Virus record (IMG/VR): IMGVR_UViG_3300046492_000237
Coordinates: 1-64,000 of that record
Direction: 5' to 3' (one strand)
DNA from: a virus
Length of the DNA stretch: 64,000 bases
Translations under genes and position numbers: made by a program
Part shown: positions 43,319 to 51,818 of the stretch, piece after piece
Layout: each line of letters starts with the position of its first letter
Position numbering within the stretch: the first letter of the stretch is position 1
The notes under the pieces: generated by a model
Database searches by the model: none
The model's input: the letters and a program-made list of their open reading frames with translations, nothing else
Told to the model about the DNA's origin: nothing

Positions 43319-43542
43319 ATCCAGTACAACGTGATGAATTTCGAGAACTCGAGATCACGGTGCAGCAAATGGACGGCAACGTAATCCGCTTGCAAGAGCA
43401 GGTGAAGTCGATGCAAAAAACCATTGAAGACTTGGTGTCGCGCGCAGAATTCGCGCCGGTCAAACTGATCGCCTACGGACTGGCCACCGCCGTCGGCTCA
43501 TCGGTCATTTTCGCCATCTTGGCCAAGGTGATTATCAAATGA
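43315..43542 (+). CDS. Coiled-coil protein with a C-terminal TM helix (holin/antiholin-like)
   Basis: 75 aa within the lysis cassette. Confidence 0.55.
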   Translation: MNPVQRDEFRELEITVQQMDGNVIRLQEQVKSMQKTIEDLVSRAEFAPVKLIAYGLATAVGSSVIFAILAKVIIK

Positions 43543-44009
43543 CAGTTCGCATGGCTTTCCGCGATCGCGCCTTCCTGTTCGTCAGCATGTATCTGGCAGC
43601 CCTGTTCATCTCGCTGGCGCTGCTGGGCTGGCTGGTGTTCATTGGCGGAAACCCGCTCACTGTCAAGAATTACGGCGCCGTCAGCTCGACCGGCTTCCCC
43701 AACGACCGCTTCCACGCGGGCGACGTGGCCGGCATCAAGCGCCAGCTGTGCGCTGACAAGGATATGGCCATCCAGCTGTTTCCCGCCCTGAAAGATTCTC
43801 GCGGCTTCCTGTTCCCCCTGCCGGTTACCATGAGCGAGACCATGTCCGGCTGCCATGACAACATTTACGGTTTCGTCATCCCCAACCTCCCCGCCGGTGA
43901 ATACACCTACGTCAGCACTATCCGGTTCCAAAACAACTTGGTTGGGCGGGACGAGGCAACGACCTTCCCGCCCATCCGAGTGAGGATCATGTATGAGCGC
44001 AATAACTGA
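43539..44009 (+). CDS. Membrane-anchored periplasmic protein in the lysis cassette
   Basis: N-terminal TM helix; two Cys. Confidence 0.6.
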   Translation: MTVRMAFRDRAFLFVSMYLAALFISLALLGWLVFIGGNPLTVKNYGAVSSTGFPNDRFHAGDVAGIKRQLCADKDMAIQLFPALKDSRGFLFPLPVTMSETMSGCHDNIYGFVIPNLPAGEYTYVSTIRFQNNLVGRDEATTFPPIRVRIMYERNN

Positions 44010-44427
44010 CATCGCCCTCGGCACTGCATCGAGCGCCACGAAAAAAGCAATCCTGCCATGGCTGATTTTGGCGGGGGTCATGGCCCTTGGTGCGTCCGGC
44101 GCGTCCGGCATGTACGCCGGGTATGAGATCGCCACCGCTCGGCATGCCGATGATCAAAAAAAGCTGTTACAGGCATCGGCCGACACGGCGGATGCGCTGA
44201 AAGAAGCGCTGAAAGAAGCGCGGCAGCGTGGTGATGACGCGACCGGCGTGTTCCTCGAGGAGTTGCGCGGGATGCGGGTGGTGAACACCACTATCAACAA
44301 GGAGGTGCAGACCGAAGTGCAGAAGCTGGTCTACACCGACTGCGTGCTGCCAGACAGCGGCGTCGAGCTCCTGCAGCGGCACGTCGATATGGTCAACATG
44401 AGGCTTCTGGAGAGCGACAAAAAATGA
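43993..44427 (+). CDS. Inner-membrane spanin (Rz-like)
   Basis: N-terminal TM helix, coiled coil, VYTDCVLP. Confidence 0.75.
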   Translation: MSAITDIALGTASSATKKAILPWLILAGVMALGASGASGMYAGYEIATARHADDQKKLLQASADTADALKEALKEARQRGDDATGVFLEELRGMRVVNTTINKEVQTEVQKLVYTDCVLPDSGVELLQRHVDMVNMRLLESDKK

Positions 44428-44681
44428 AAGGCATTCTGATTTTGGCGGTACTGCTGCTGGCTGGCTGCGGGACCACTTACGAGGTACGGGTCGCCGGGGA
44501 TGTAGCAAAACTCGACCCGGCATCCGCTGAAGTGTGTGAGCCCGTACCGACCTCGCCGGTTAAGGGGAAAGCCAGCATGGGCGAGCTGTACACCTTTTCC
44601 GACAAGATGATCGCGCTCTATGGCGAATGCGCTCTGCGCGATCGAGGAAAGCTCCGCTGGATCAAATCGCAGGGTCACTGA
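44424..44681 (+). CDS. Outer-membrane spanin lipoprotein (Rz1-like)
   Basis: Lipobox LLAGC; LYGECALR. Confidence 0.8.
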   Translation: MKGILILAVLLLAGCGTTYEVRVAGDVAKLDPASAEVCEPVPTSPVKGKASMGELYTFSDKMIALYGECALRDRGKLRWIKSQGH

Positions 44682-44911
44682 CGGCGCAAGTGCTTCCCGG
44701 CCGCCTCAAGGCCTGCCTTGCACTCAACGCAGATCGTGTAGCCGTATTCGCGGCGCTTGCCCTGCATCGGGTTGTCGCATTCTTCGGTGGTGCAAATCTC
44801 CGGGCCGTAGCCTTTTTCGCCCGGTTTGTACGTTGGTTCTGGCGTGCGCGTCCGGTTGTTGCGCGTCCATTCTTCCAGCTCGACAGCCTGTGCATGATCT
44901 TCGTTTGACAT
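44675..44911 (-). CDS. TraR/DksA C4-type zinc-finger protein
   Basis: EDHAQAVE N-helix; YGPEIC...CDNPM...RR...CVECK. Confidence 0.75.
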   Translation of the reverse strand: MSNEDHAQAVELEEWTRNNRTRTPEPTYKPGEKGYGPEICTTEECDNPMQGKRREYGYTICVECKAGLEAAGKHLRRQ

Positions 44912-44979
44912 AAATCCTACTCAAAAAGAGACGCCGGGGATCCGACGTCTTGGTTTATTCAGTTTGCTGTCACGCCGAA

Positions 44980-46266
44980 TCAGGCGACCAGCGCTGGCGA
45001 CCATGGGGTATGGTTTCCGAAAAGTGCTGCATCCAGCCACGTCGACCACTTACCCATCGCCTCTTTCATCTGGGGCAGGTAGTCGGCCCGGTCGTAATTC
45101 TTCGAGCCGGTGTCACTCTTGGCGTGCTGCTGGATCAGATCGCGGGTGAAGCGCTCGACACCGGCATCATGCGTGCGAGACTTCCACGTCCGGCGAAGAT
45201 CTCGCGTCTGGAAATGGGCGACCGTCACACCGTCGCTGTCCAGCCAGCGCGATATCGCCTGATTGACACTGCGATGGTCGATCAGAGCCGATTGGCTTCC
45301 GCCACGGGCTGGGAACAAAGGCCCGTCGCCATGGACCGCAATCAGGTCGCGCAGCACCTCAACGACCTGTGACGGCAGCGGGATGATGTGCTGGTGCTTG
45401 CGTCCTTTGGTCTTGTGCGCTGGCATTTTCCACAACCCGGCGTCGAGGTCGATATCGGCACCGTCAATGCGCAAGGTTTCCTGCACGCGCTGGCCACATC
45501 CGATCAGCACGCGGATGCATGCGGCGATCTCGGCGGCGAACCCGGCGGTGCCGGTGGCTTCCCACAACAGACGCAGCTCTGGCCCGGACAGGTTGCGGTC
45601 GCGAGTGTTGATCGCCCCGGCATCCTTGGCCACGTCAGACGCAGGGTTGCGCTCAACGCCCCAGTCCTGCCGCTCTTTCGCGGTGTAGTCGTTCGCCGAC
45701 TTCATCGCCCAGCTGTATGCGGAGGCGATATAGCTTCGCGCCTTGTCAGCGGCGCCGCGATGTCCAGCGCTGAAGAACGTCGACACGTAGTTGACCACGT
45801 CCATCGGCGTCGGCTCGGAGGCGGCTCGATCGCGGCCAAGGGCATCAGCAGCGTTGTTGGCTGCCAGTAGCAGCACACGCTCGACCTCATCAGCGCTCAC
45901 CTTACCCTTCGCACGCATGCTGGCGATGTAAGCCTCGAACATCAGGCCAACGGTCGCCCTGAGCTGCGCAGGCTCGCTCCTGACTGGCTTGCGGTCTGCT
46001 GTCGGGTCCTGACCTTCCGCAACCTTCGCAAACTCCTTGCGCGCCAGCTCGCGAGCCTTGTCCGGCGTCAGGTCGGTGCAGCGCGCCAATGTCAGCTTGC
46101 GCTGGGTGCGGGCTGCATCCTTTGTGCGGTAGCGGATCACGTATGTTTTGCGGCCGCTGGCTTGAGTGCGAACGCCGAAGCCTTCCAGCTCGCTATCCCA
46201 CAACCAGCTATCACCCTTTTCAGGGGTTGGCGCATTATCAACGATCGTCTTGGTCAGTTTAGGCAT
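44980..46266 (-). CDS. int: Tyrosine integrase with an arm-binding N-terminal domain
   Basis: WDSELEGFGVR arm domain; GQRVQE, HKTK, RDLRRT, QQH and KNYDR catalytic motifs. Confidence 0.9.
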   Translation of the reverse strand: MPKLTKTIVDNAPTPEKGDSWLWDSELEGFGVRTQASGRKTYVIRYRTKDAARTQRKLTLARCTDLTPDKARELARKEFAKVAEGQDPTADRKPVRSEPAQLRATVGLMFEAYIASMRAKGKVSADEVERVLLLAANNAADALGRDRAASEPTPMDVVNYVSTFFSAGHRGAADKARSYIASAYSWAMKSANDYTAKERQDWGVERNPASDVAKDAGAINTRDRNLSGPELRLLWEATGTAGFAAEIAACIRVLIGCGQRVQETLRIDGADIDLDAGLWKMPAHKTKGRKHQHIIPLPSQVVEVLRDLIAVHGDGPLFPARGGSQSALIDHRSVNQAISRWLDSDGVTVAHFQTRDLRRTWKSRTHDAGVERFTRDLIQQHAKSDTGSKNYDRADYLPQMKEAMGKWSTWLDAALFGNHTPWSPALVA

Positions 46267-46293
46267 GATAAACCCCACTCATTTGCTTGTGCG

Positions 46294-46326
46294 TTGATCA
46301 TAAATGATTAACGTGGTTATTGCCAA
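46294..46326 (-). promoter_or_regulatory. Integrase promoter (TGGCAA-17-TATGAT) overlapped by the operator TTGATCA-TAAA-TGATTAA (46294-46311)
   Basis: Read directly from sequence. Confidence 0.65.
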
Positions 46327-46343
46327 TATTTTTGCCATAGCGC

Positions 46344-46380
46344 AAAAAAGCCACTGAGCCAGATCCCGGCGCAGTGGCTT
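46344..46380 (-). terminator. Rho-independent terminator upstream of int
   Basis: AAGCCACTG...CAGTGGCTTTTTT on the minus strand. Confidence 0.7.
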
Positions 46381-46395
46381 GAGTATTGACCAAAT

Positions 46396-47268
46396 TCAGG
46401 CCAGTGTTTTTTCAGGATCAAGCCGATCAAGGCGCTCAATTTCAGCGATGATCAACGCGCCGGCTCTTACCAGCTGTTCGCGGCGCGGTATTTCTGATTT
46501 TTTGGAGGCCCAACCTACACCCGGAACCGAGGATTGCCCCGGCATGGCGTAATCTGCGGCTGCCTGAGCGATCTCGCTATTTGTGTGGCTGTCGTCATGT
46601 TCGCGGCTGTAGCACTTTTCGGAGATCTGGCGAACTCTCTCATTCACCAGATCGCGCCATGGAATCCCCTCGCCATACCGCATCAGGTCTTGTAGTCGAG
46701 CAACCTCATTGTCAGCAGCCTGCGCGGCCTTCTCTGCGCCGCGCACTCGCTCGATCAGCTCAGGCAGCGCATTAACGGCATCGATCGCCAAGAAGGCATC
46801 GCGGCGCTGCAGAAGCGTGCCAATTTTAAGATCGTAGCTCTCTGTGAAGGTTCTTCCCTCGATGCTACCACCAGCCAATCGGCCTTCTTGCCACTCTCCC
46901 GGCTTATGGCAAGCCTGATCGATCATCTTTTCCAGATGAGTGACGATATCGACCTTTTCAGGTGTCAGACCGGCGAAGTGGTCTGGCTTGATGTCTTGGA
47001 ACGCCAGAGCCTCAATATCCCGGATCGTATCGATCACGGCTTTGGCTGTTTCCTGCCGCTGAGTGAGCGGCACTGACAGAACCGGAACGCTGACAGACAG
47101 CAGAACCTGAGCAACGCTGGCGATCGCCTCGCGCGGACGGCTACCCTCTGGCCGTAGCCACTGGCCCACGATCTTTCTGATTGCGATAATTCCTTCGGCC
47201 GTGGTCAATTCCGGCGCAGAAACATCTGATTGAGCATTTTCCACCTGCAATCCCCTTATCCAGAGCAA
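46396..47268 (-). CDS. Hypothetical phage protein (start uncertain)
   Basis: C-terminal ERVRQI...HDD...LVRAGALIIAEIERLDR module common in phage accessory proteins. Confidence 0.65.
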   Translation of the reverse strand: MLWIRGLQVENAQSDVSAPELTTAEGIIAIRKIVGQWLRPEGSRPREAIASVAQVLLSVSVPVLSVPLTQRQETAKAVIDTIRDIEALAFQDIKPDHFAGLTPEKVDIVTHLEKMIDQACHKPGEWQEGRLAGGSIEGRTFTESYDLKIGTLLQRRDAFLAIDAVNALPELIERVRGAEKAAQAADNEVARLQDLMRYGEGIPWRDLVNERVRQISEKCYSREHDDSHTNSEIAQAAADYAMPGQSSVPGVGWASKKSEIPRREQLVRAGALIIAEIERLDRLDPEKTLA

Positions 47269-47318
47269 TAAAAAGCGGGGTACATGACCCCGCTGACAGC
47301 ATCAGATATCAGTCGATA

Positions 47319-47591
47319 TCAATTCACCGCGTCTTTCAACGCCTTGGCCGGCACAAACTTCAGCGCGACCTTGGCATCGATCACGATCGCTTCGCCGGTG
47401 CGCGGGTTGCGACCGGGACGCTCAGGCTTGTTCGTGGCTTTCAACTTGCCAATCGATGGCAACAGGACTTCGCCATCGGCGCGGAGGCGCGCGACAGTGT
47501 CCGAAAACAACGCATCAAGCACTCGGCCAACAGTAGCCTGTGACTCATTGGTCTTCGTAGCGATGCTGGCGACAAGTGCGAGCTTGCTCAT
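47319..47591 (-). CDS. HU/IHF family DNA-binding protein
   Basis: RPGRNPRTGEAIVI...FVPAKALKDAVN. Confidence 0.9.
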   Translation of the reverse strand: MSKLALVASIATKTNESQATVGRVLDALFSDTVARLRADGEVLLPSIGKLKATNKPERPGRNPRTGEAIVIDAKVALKFVPAKALKDAVN

Positions 47592-47615
47592 GGTGTTTCT
47601 CCAGTGGGTTGCGGG

Positions 47616-48842
47616 TTAAAAAACGTCTTCTTTGGATGGATCCAACACAGTGGTCGGCTCCGGCTCTTGCTCTGGCTCCACATTGCCAGCGCCATCCGCA
47701 ACAACATCAGCGGTATCGGTGCCAGTGGCTGCGGCTTCAGCAGTGGTAGCTGTAGTGACAGCAGCATCAGCGGCCTGATCGACAGCCTTGGTCATGTCGG
47801 CGGACACCTGCTCTTTCGCGGTGGCAGCGTCAGCATCAGAGCCAGCACCAGTTGGCAATGCCTCGTTGGTAGCATCTTTCGGCTGTTCGCCTTTGGCCTT
47901 GTCGGCCTTATCAGCCGCCGTCTGGCGCTTCACCGGTGCAGATTTGGTCGGCGGCGCAGTCTTCGCGGTTGCCGCCAAAGCGTTGCCCGTCTGCTCAGCT
48001 GCTACCTCGGCTTCCGGCGCACCGAAGAACTCGCTCGCTGGCGTACCTTCCTTGAGCGCGGCGTAAACGCCCTGCAGGTTGATCAGTTCGTCGAGCAGGA
48101 TGTCGTCAAGCGAGTGACCGAGGTACGTCTCAAGGTGCGAGACCGTGACGCCGTAGCCGCCGAAGACACCAATCATTTTCCGGGCACGAACCGCCAAAGG
48201 CTCAGTATTCGCCCCGGCGATGGTCTTCTTGCACTCCTCGGACGCGGACTCGATCATCCACTTCGGCATCATCGCCAAGATCCGGCCACGCATCTGCTTG
48301 CTGGCGACGTTGGCAATGCGGTTGTCGATGTCCTTCTGGTCGCGCAGCTTGCGTGGGCCGTCTTTGGTGTCGATGACGTGCAGGACGGTCAACTGGCGAA
48401 TCTGCCGGTTGTTGGTCTGCTTGTCCCATGCGTAGATCTCGACCTCGGAGCGGCCAAAATCACGCGGCTCAGGGCCGGCCTCGGTGCGCGACAGCTCGCG
48501 GTGACCGTATTCGAAGTTGCCATAGACTCGGGCAATTTCCTCGGCAAAGCGGATGCTGAGGCCGGTAACCTTGCTGCCGCCCTGCGGGATCGTATAGAAC
48601 GCCACGTTGGCGAATGCAGGGATTGAGCAAGCCTCTTTCAGCTCCTCGAAAGCCGACATCAGGTTGCGCGGAAAGCGCTTCGCCATGATCAGCTGGCCCT
48701 GCGCTTCGGCGATGGCCCGTTCCTGCTCGATGGACACCGCACCGGCGTTGATACCTGCAGCCATTGGATGTCGGTTGCCCATGGACAACTGATTGCCTTG
48801 CTGGGCTGTGCGCTCAATCAGTTCCTGCGTACCTTGCGTCAT
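47616..48842 (-). CDS. Recombination-module protein (possible single-strand annealing protein) with an Ala-rich tail
   Basis: AIAEAQGQLIMAKRFPR...GLSIRFAEEIA; sits with the exonuclease and ATPase genes. Confidence 0.55.
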   Translation of the reverse strand: MTQGTQELIERTAQQGNQLSMGNRHPMAAGINAGAVSIEQERAIAEAQGQLIMAKRFPRNLMSAFEELKEACSIPAFANVAFYTIPQGGSKVTGLSIRFAEEIARVYGNFEYGHRELSRTEAGPEPRDFGRSEVEIYAWDKQTNNRQIRQLTVLHVIDTKDGPRKLRDQKDIDNRIANVASKQMRGRILAMMPKWMIESASEECKKTIAGANTEPLAVRARKMIGVFGGYGVTVSHLETYLGHSLDDILLDELINLQGVYAALKEGTPASEFFGAPEAEVAAEQTGNALAATAKTAPPTKSAPVKRQTAADKADKAKGEQPKDATNEALPTGAGSDADAATAKEQVSADMTKAVDQAADAAVTTATTAEAAATGTDTADVVADGAGNVEPEQEPEPTTVLDPSKEDVF

Positions 48843-48891
48843 GAATTGTACCTTTCGTTACTGGTTCGTTAATTGTAAATGATTATGCAGC

Positions 48892-50298
48892 TTATGCCGT
48901 GGTTTGCACGTTAAATTCTTCACCATTGACCGTAGTGACGAAAAGTTGCAAGCCTGACTCGAGAACCTGATCGCGGAATGCCACAAAAGCGTCAGGATCC
49001 AAGCATTCCAGCCGGTCGACGCAGCAGATGCCGAGGGCACCGGTGCGCAGCTTGGCGATCTCGACCGCGATCTCGACCTGCTGCGCGGTGTTGAGTCGAT
49101 CGAACACAACGCCGCCACGGTAGATTTCACCATCACGAACCTCAACGCCGGGAATCGGCAGCGCGGCGAGCAGTTCCAGTTTGTAGGCGTCGATGTCTTC
49201 GAGGGCCTTGGTCTGGGATGCAGCATCCTGCTTGAGTTCTTCCAGTTCCTCTTCCATCTGCTTGATGGTGCCCAGCGCCTGTTCACGCTTGGCGTGCGCG
49301 CTGCGGTTGGTGCGGATGGCTTCGAGCGTCTGGTTGATCGGGCCGACAGTTTCCGAGTGTTTCTGGATGGTCTTCTCGCGCTGGGTGCCCGCGTTGGTTT
49401 CCATCGTGCGTTCGGCGGTCTGGATCGCTTCGATTGCCGCTGTTGCAGCGGCGTTGATGGCTTCAACTTCTGCTGAGCCCTCGGTTTTCAACTCATCAAT
49501 CTTGCGCTGCACCTCGGCGCGGATACCATCAACTTTTCCCTGAGCGTCGCTGCGCAGCTTGTCGATCTCGGCTTGGTTGGCCTTTTTGATCCCGTCGAGT
49601 TTGTTCCGGACACGGTCCAGCTCAGCATCCTTGGCGGTGGTTGCCTGCTCCAACGCAGCGCGCAATTCGTCTTCATTGCCATCTGCGCCACCGGGCACAT
49701 CTGGCATGGCCAGTTGCAGCTGGTTGATCGTGCTGTCCTTTTCTTTGACTGCGCGATTGGTGCCAGTGCGGTCGGCATACACCCGGGCGCGGATCTCATC
49801 GATGATCGCCAGTCCATGGATCGAGCCGTCCATGATCGGTTCCATACCGCCAATACTTTCCAGCCGCTCGGCATCAATCTCGATCGGCATGGCTTCGAGC
49901 AGAACCTTCACCCGGTCTTTGGGCTGGGCGGTCAGGAAGGCAACAGGGTTGACGCTCAGGCTATCAACCAGCGACTTCATGAACTCGGCAGGCTTGGGGA
50001 CCTTCTTGCCATCGGCGTCGGTAACACTGGTGGTGCTGCGCAGGCCGGTTACGCGCTTCTTGATCTCGGCGCCGTCGTCGAGAACCAGAACGACCTCGCC
50101 TTCTTCGGCACCCAGACGCAGCAGCGTGGCGTCGTGGCCTTGGCCGGTGGCGGCCTTGATCGCCTCGAGGACGCTGGTCTTGCCCTCGCCATTTTTGCCA
50201 CGGATCTCGTTGAAGCCTTCCGGGCTGAACTCCAACTCATCAATGCCGAGGATGTTGGAGATTTTGAGGTGGGAAATTTGCAGCAATTTATCAGTCAT
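48892..50298 (-). CDS. SMC/Rad50-like ATPase with a coiled coil
   Basis: GKNGEGKTS Walker A, long coiled coil, LNTAQQ signature-like segment, CCVDRLE Walker B. Confidence 0.85.
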   Translation of the reverse strand: MTDKLLQISHLKISNILGIDELEFSPEGFNEIRGKNGEGKTSVLEAIKAATGQGHDATLLRLGAEEGEVVLVLDDGAEIKKRVTGLRSTTSVTDADGKKVPKPAEFMKSLVDSLSVNPVAFLTAQPKDRVKVLLEAMPIEIDAERLESIGGMEPIMDGSIHGLAIIDEIRARVYADRTGTNRAVKEKDSTINQLQLAMPDVPGGADGNEDELRAALEQATTAKDAELDRVRNKLDGIKKANQAEIDKLRSDAQGKVDGIRAEVQRKIDELKTEGSAEVEAINAAATAAIEAIQTAERTMETNAGTQREKTIQKHSETVGPINQTLEAIRTNRSAHAKREQALGTIKQMEEELEELKQDAASQTKALEDIDAYKLELLAALPIPGVEVRDGEIYRGGVVFDRLNTAQQVEIAVEIAKLRTGALGICCVDRLECLDPDAFVAFRDQVLESGLQLFVTTVNGEEFNVQTTA

Positions 50299-50330
50299 TG
50301 GTTGGTTTCCTTCAGGTGCTATGTCGGGTG

Positions 50331-51380
50331 TTAAATGGCGAATTCTTCTTCACGCATTGCCCAGAACGGCAATTTGGCTTCGAGCATGTCGCCTTCGGCG
50401 GCGCCCAGCCAAAGGTTGTTCTGCTCGCAGTGGATCAGCCGAGCCAAGTCGCGCTTGTAAAGGCGGCGACCGCGCTCGATCTGGAAGTCATTCAGGTAGT
50501 GGACGGCCACGTCATGCGGGCGCCCGTTCTGTGCGGCGATAAAAGCGAACCCACGCGGCGCGTCGCGCCCGTACAGACCTCGGAGGATGTCCAGATACCA
50601 CGCGGCCTGAACTTCGTAGCGGCGCTGGGCGATGGTTTTGCCGAAGCCTTCGAGACTCACGTCGTCGGTAGTCTTGAGGTCGACAACCCACATGCCGTCA
50701 TGAGTGATGGCGTCAGTTCGGCATTTGCGCAGAACCGGCACCTTGACCACTTTCTGGGTGTCGTGGTCGATGTAGTCTTCCTCAGTTTCGAGGAAAAACG
50801 ATCGCTCTACCGTGGCGCCGCTCAACAGGCCGCCGGCCCATGGGTCACGATCGACTGCGCGCAGCATGCCGAGCATGCCTTTATAGGCCTTTGCCGGGAT
50901 GGCGATCTTGCCGACCATGCTTTCTTCATGCATTTGCTTGAGGAAATAGATGATCTTTTCACGCGGGTAGCCGGCTTCCTCTACCAGTCGGCGCGCCAAC
51001 TCAGGCTTGGATCCGCCAGTCATCAGCGACTCATCGATCAGGACGCGCTTCATGTCGTCGACCGTGTCCAGTGCTTGAGGGAAGGCTGACTTGTCGAAGT
51101 CGACCGCGTAGGTCTTTTCGAAGGTGCCCGGCTCTAAAACCAGCTTGTGGGTGCCGTCACCAACAGCAAAGCAGTGCTTGAATTCCTGCTCCTCGCGATC
51201 CGGGTTGATGTACTGATCCCAGTAGTTCAAGCCGCTGACAGCGATCGCATCCAGCTTGCTTTTACTGACCCCGGGGCCGGAATGGTACTCATCGTTTGTA
51301 AGCACGACTTCGCCGTGCAGTTTGGGTAGGTTCAAGGTCTGATCTCGGTTGAACTCTGGAGGTGCGCAGAATACGCGCAA
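50331..51380 (-). CDS. RecE/exonuclease VIII-like PD-(D/E)XK nuclease
   Basis: YHSGPGVSKSKL, KCRTD, VVDLKTT, YEVQAAWY. Confidence 0.85.
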   Translation of the reverse strand: MRVFCAPPEFNRDQTLNLPKLHGEVVLTNDEYHSGPGVSKSKLDAIAVSGLNYWDQYINPDREEQEFKHCFAVGDGTHKLVLEPGTFEKTYAVDFDKSAFPQALDTVDDMKRVLIDESLMTGGSKPELARRLVEEAGYPREKIIYFLKQMHEESMVGKIAIPAKAYKGMLGMLRAVDRDPWAGGLLSGATVERSFFLETEEDYIDHDTQKVVKVPVLRKCRTDAITHDGMWVVDLKTTDDVSLEGFGKTIAQRRYEVQAAWYLDILRGLYGRDAPRGFAFIAAQNGRPHDVAVHYLNDFQIERGRRLYKRDLARLIHCEQNNLWLGAAEGDMLEAKLPFWAMREEEFAI

Positions 51381-51497
51381 ATTTGATTAACGCGCAAGTC
51401 ATCACGACCATTTTTGTGCAGCTTATATAGTTTCGCTTTTTTCGTGCCGGGGGCGATTTATTCGTTACACCCGTTAATCAAATCCGATACACTTGGC
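51368..51497. promoter_or_regulatory. Divergent early promoters (minus TTGCGC-18-TATTCT; plus TTACAC-17-TACACT), each carrying a TTAATCA operator half-site
   Basis: Half-sites at 51384-51390 and 51474-51480 in an AT-rich intergenic region. Confidence 0.55.
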
Positions 51498-51523
51498 CGG
51501 CAGTCAATCGAGTGAGCACTACC

Positions 51524-51769
51524 ATGAACGAACAGAACAGAACAGAAACAGAAGGCGATGCGCCGGATGGCTTCGATCAGATCTTCTACCAGTATCTTGA
51601 TCAGCTTGAGCGTCGGGCACATGCGGTCAATATGACGTTGACCGATCTTTGTCGTGATTCTGGAGTATCGAGGGCGACCCCGGATCGTTGGCGTAAAAGT
51701 CTGCCGAAAACGATCCAGAACGTTTGCGACCTCGAAGCCATCGTTAAAAAGGCTGAGCGGAAAAAATAA
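51524..51769 (+). CDS. Small HTH protein (Cro-like)
   Basis: MTLTDLCRDSGVSRATPDRWRK; first gene of the divergent operon. Confidence 0.7.
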   Translation: MNEQNRTETEGDAPDGFDQIFYQYLDQLERRAHAVNMTLTDLCRDSGVSRATPDRWRKSLPKTIQNVCDLEAIVKKAERKK

Positions 51770-51818
51770 CCCCTAACTTTGGGGCGTGGACCTATCAATA
51801 AAGCCACGCTTGTGCCGA

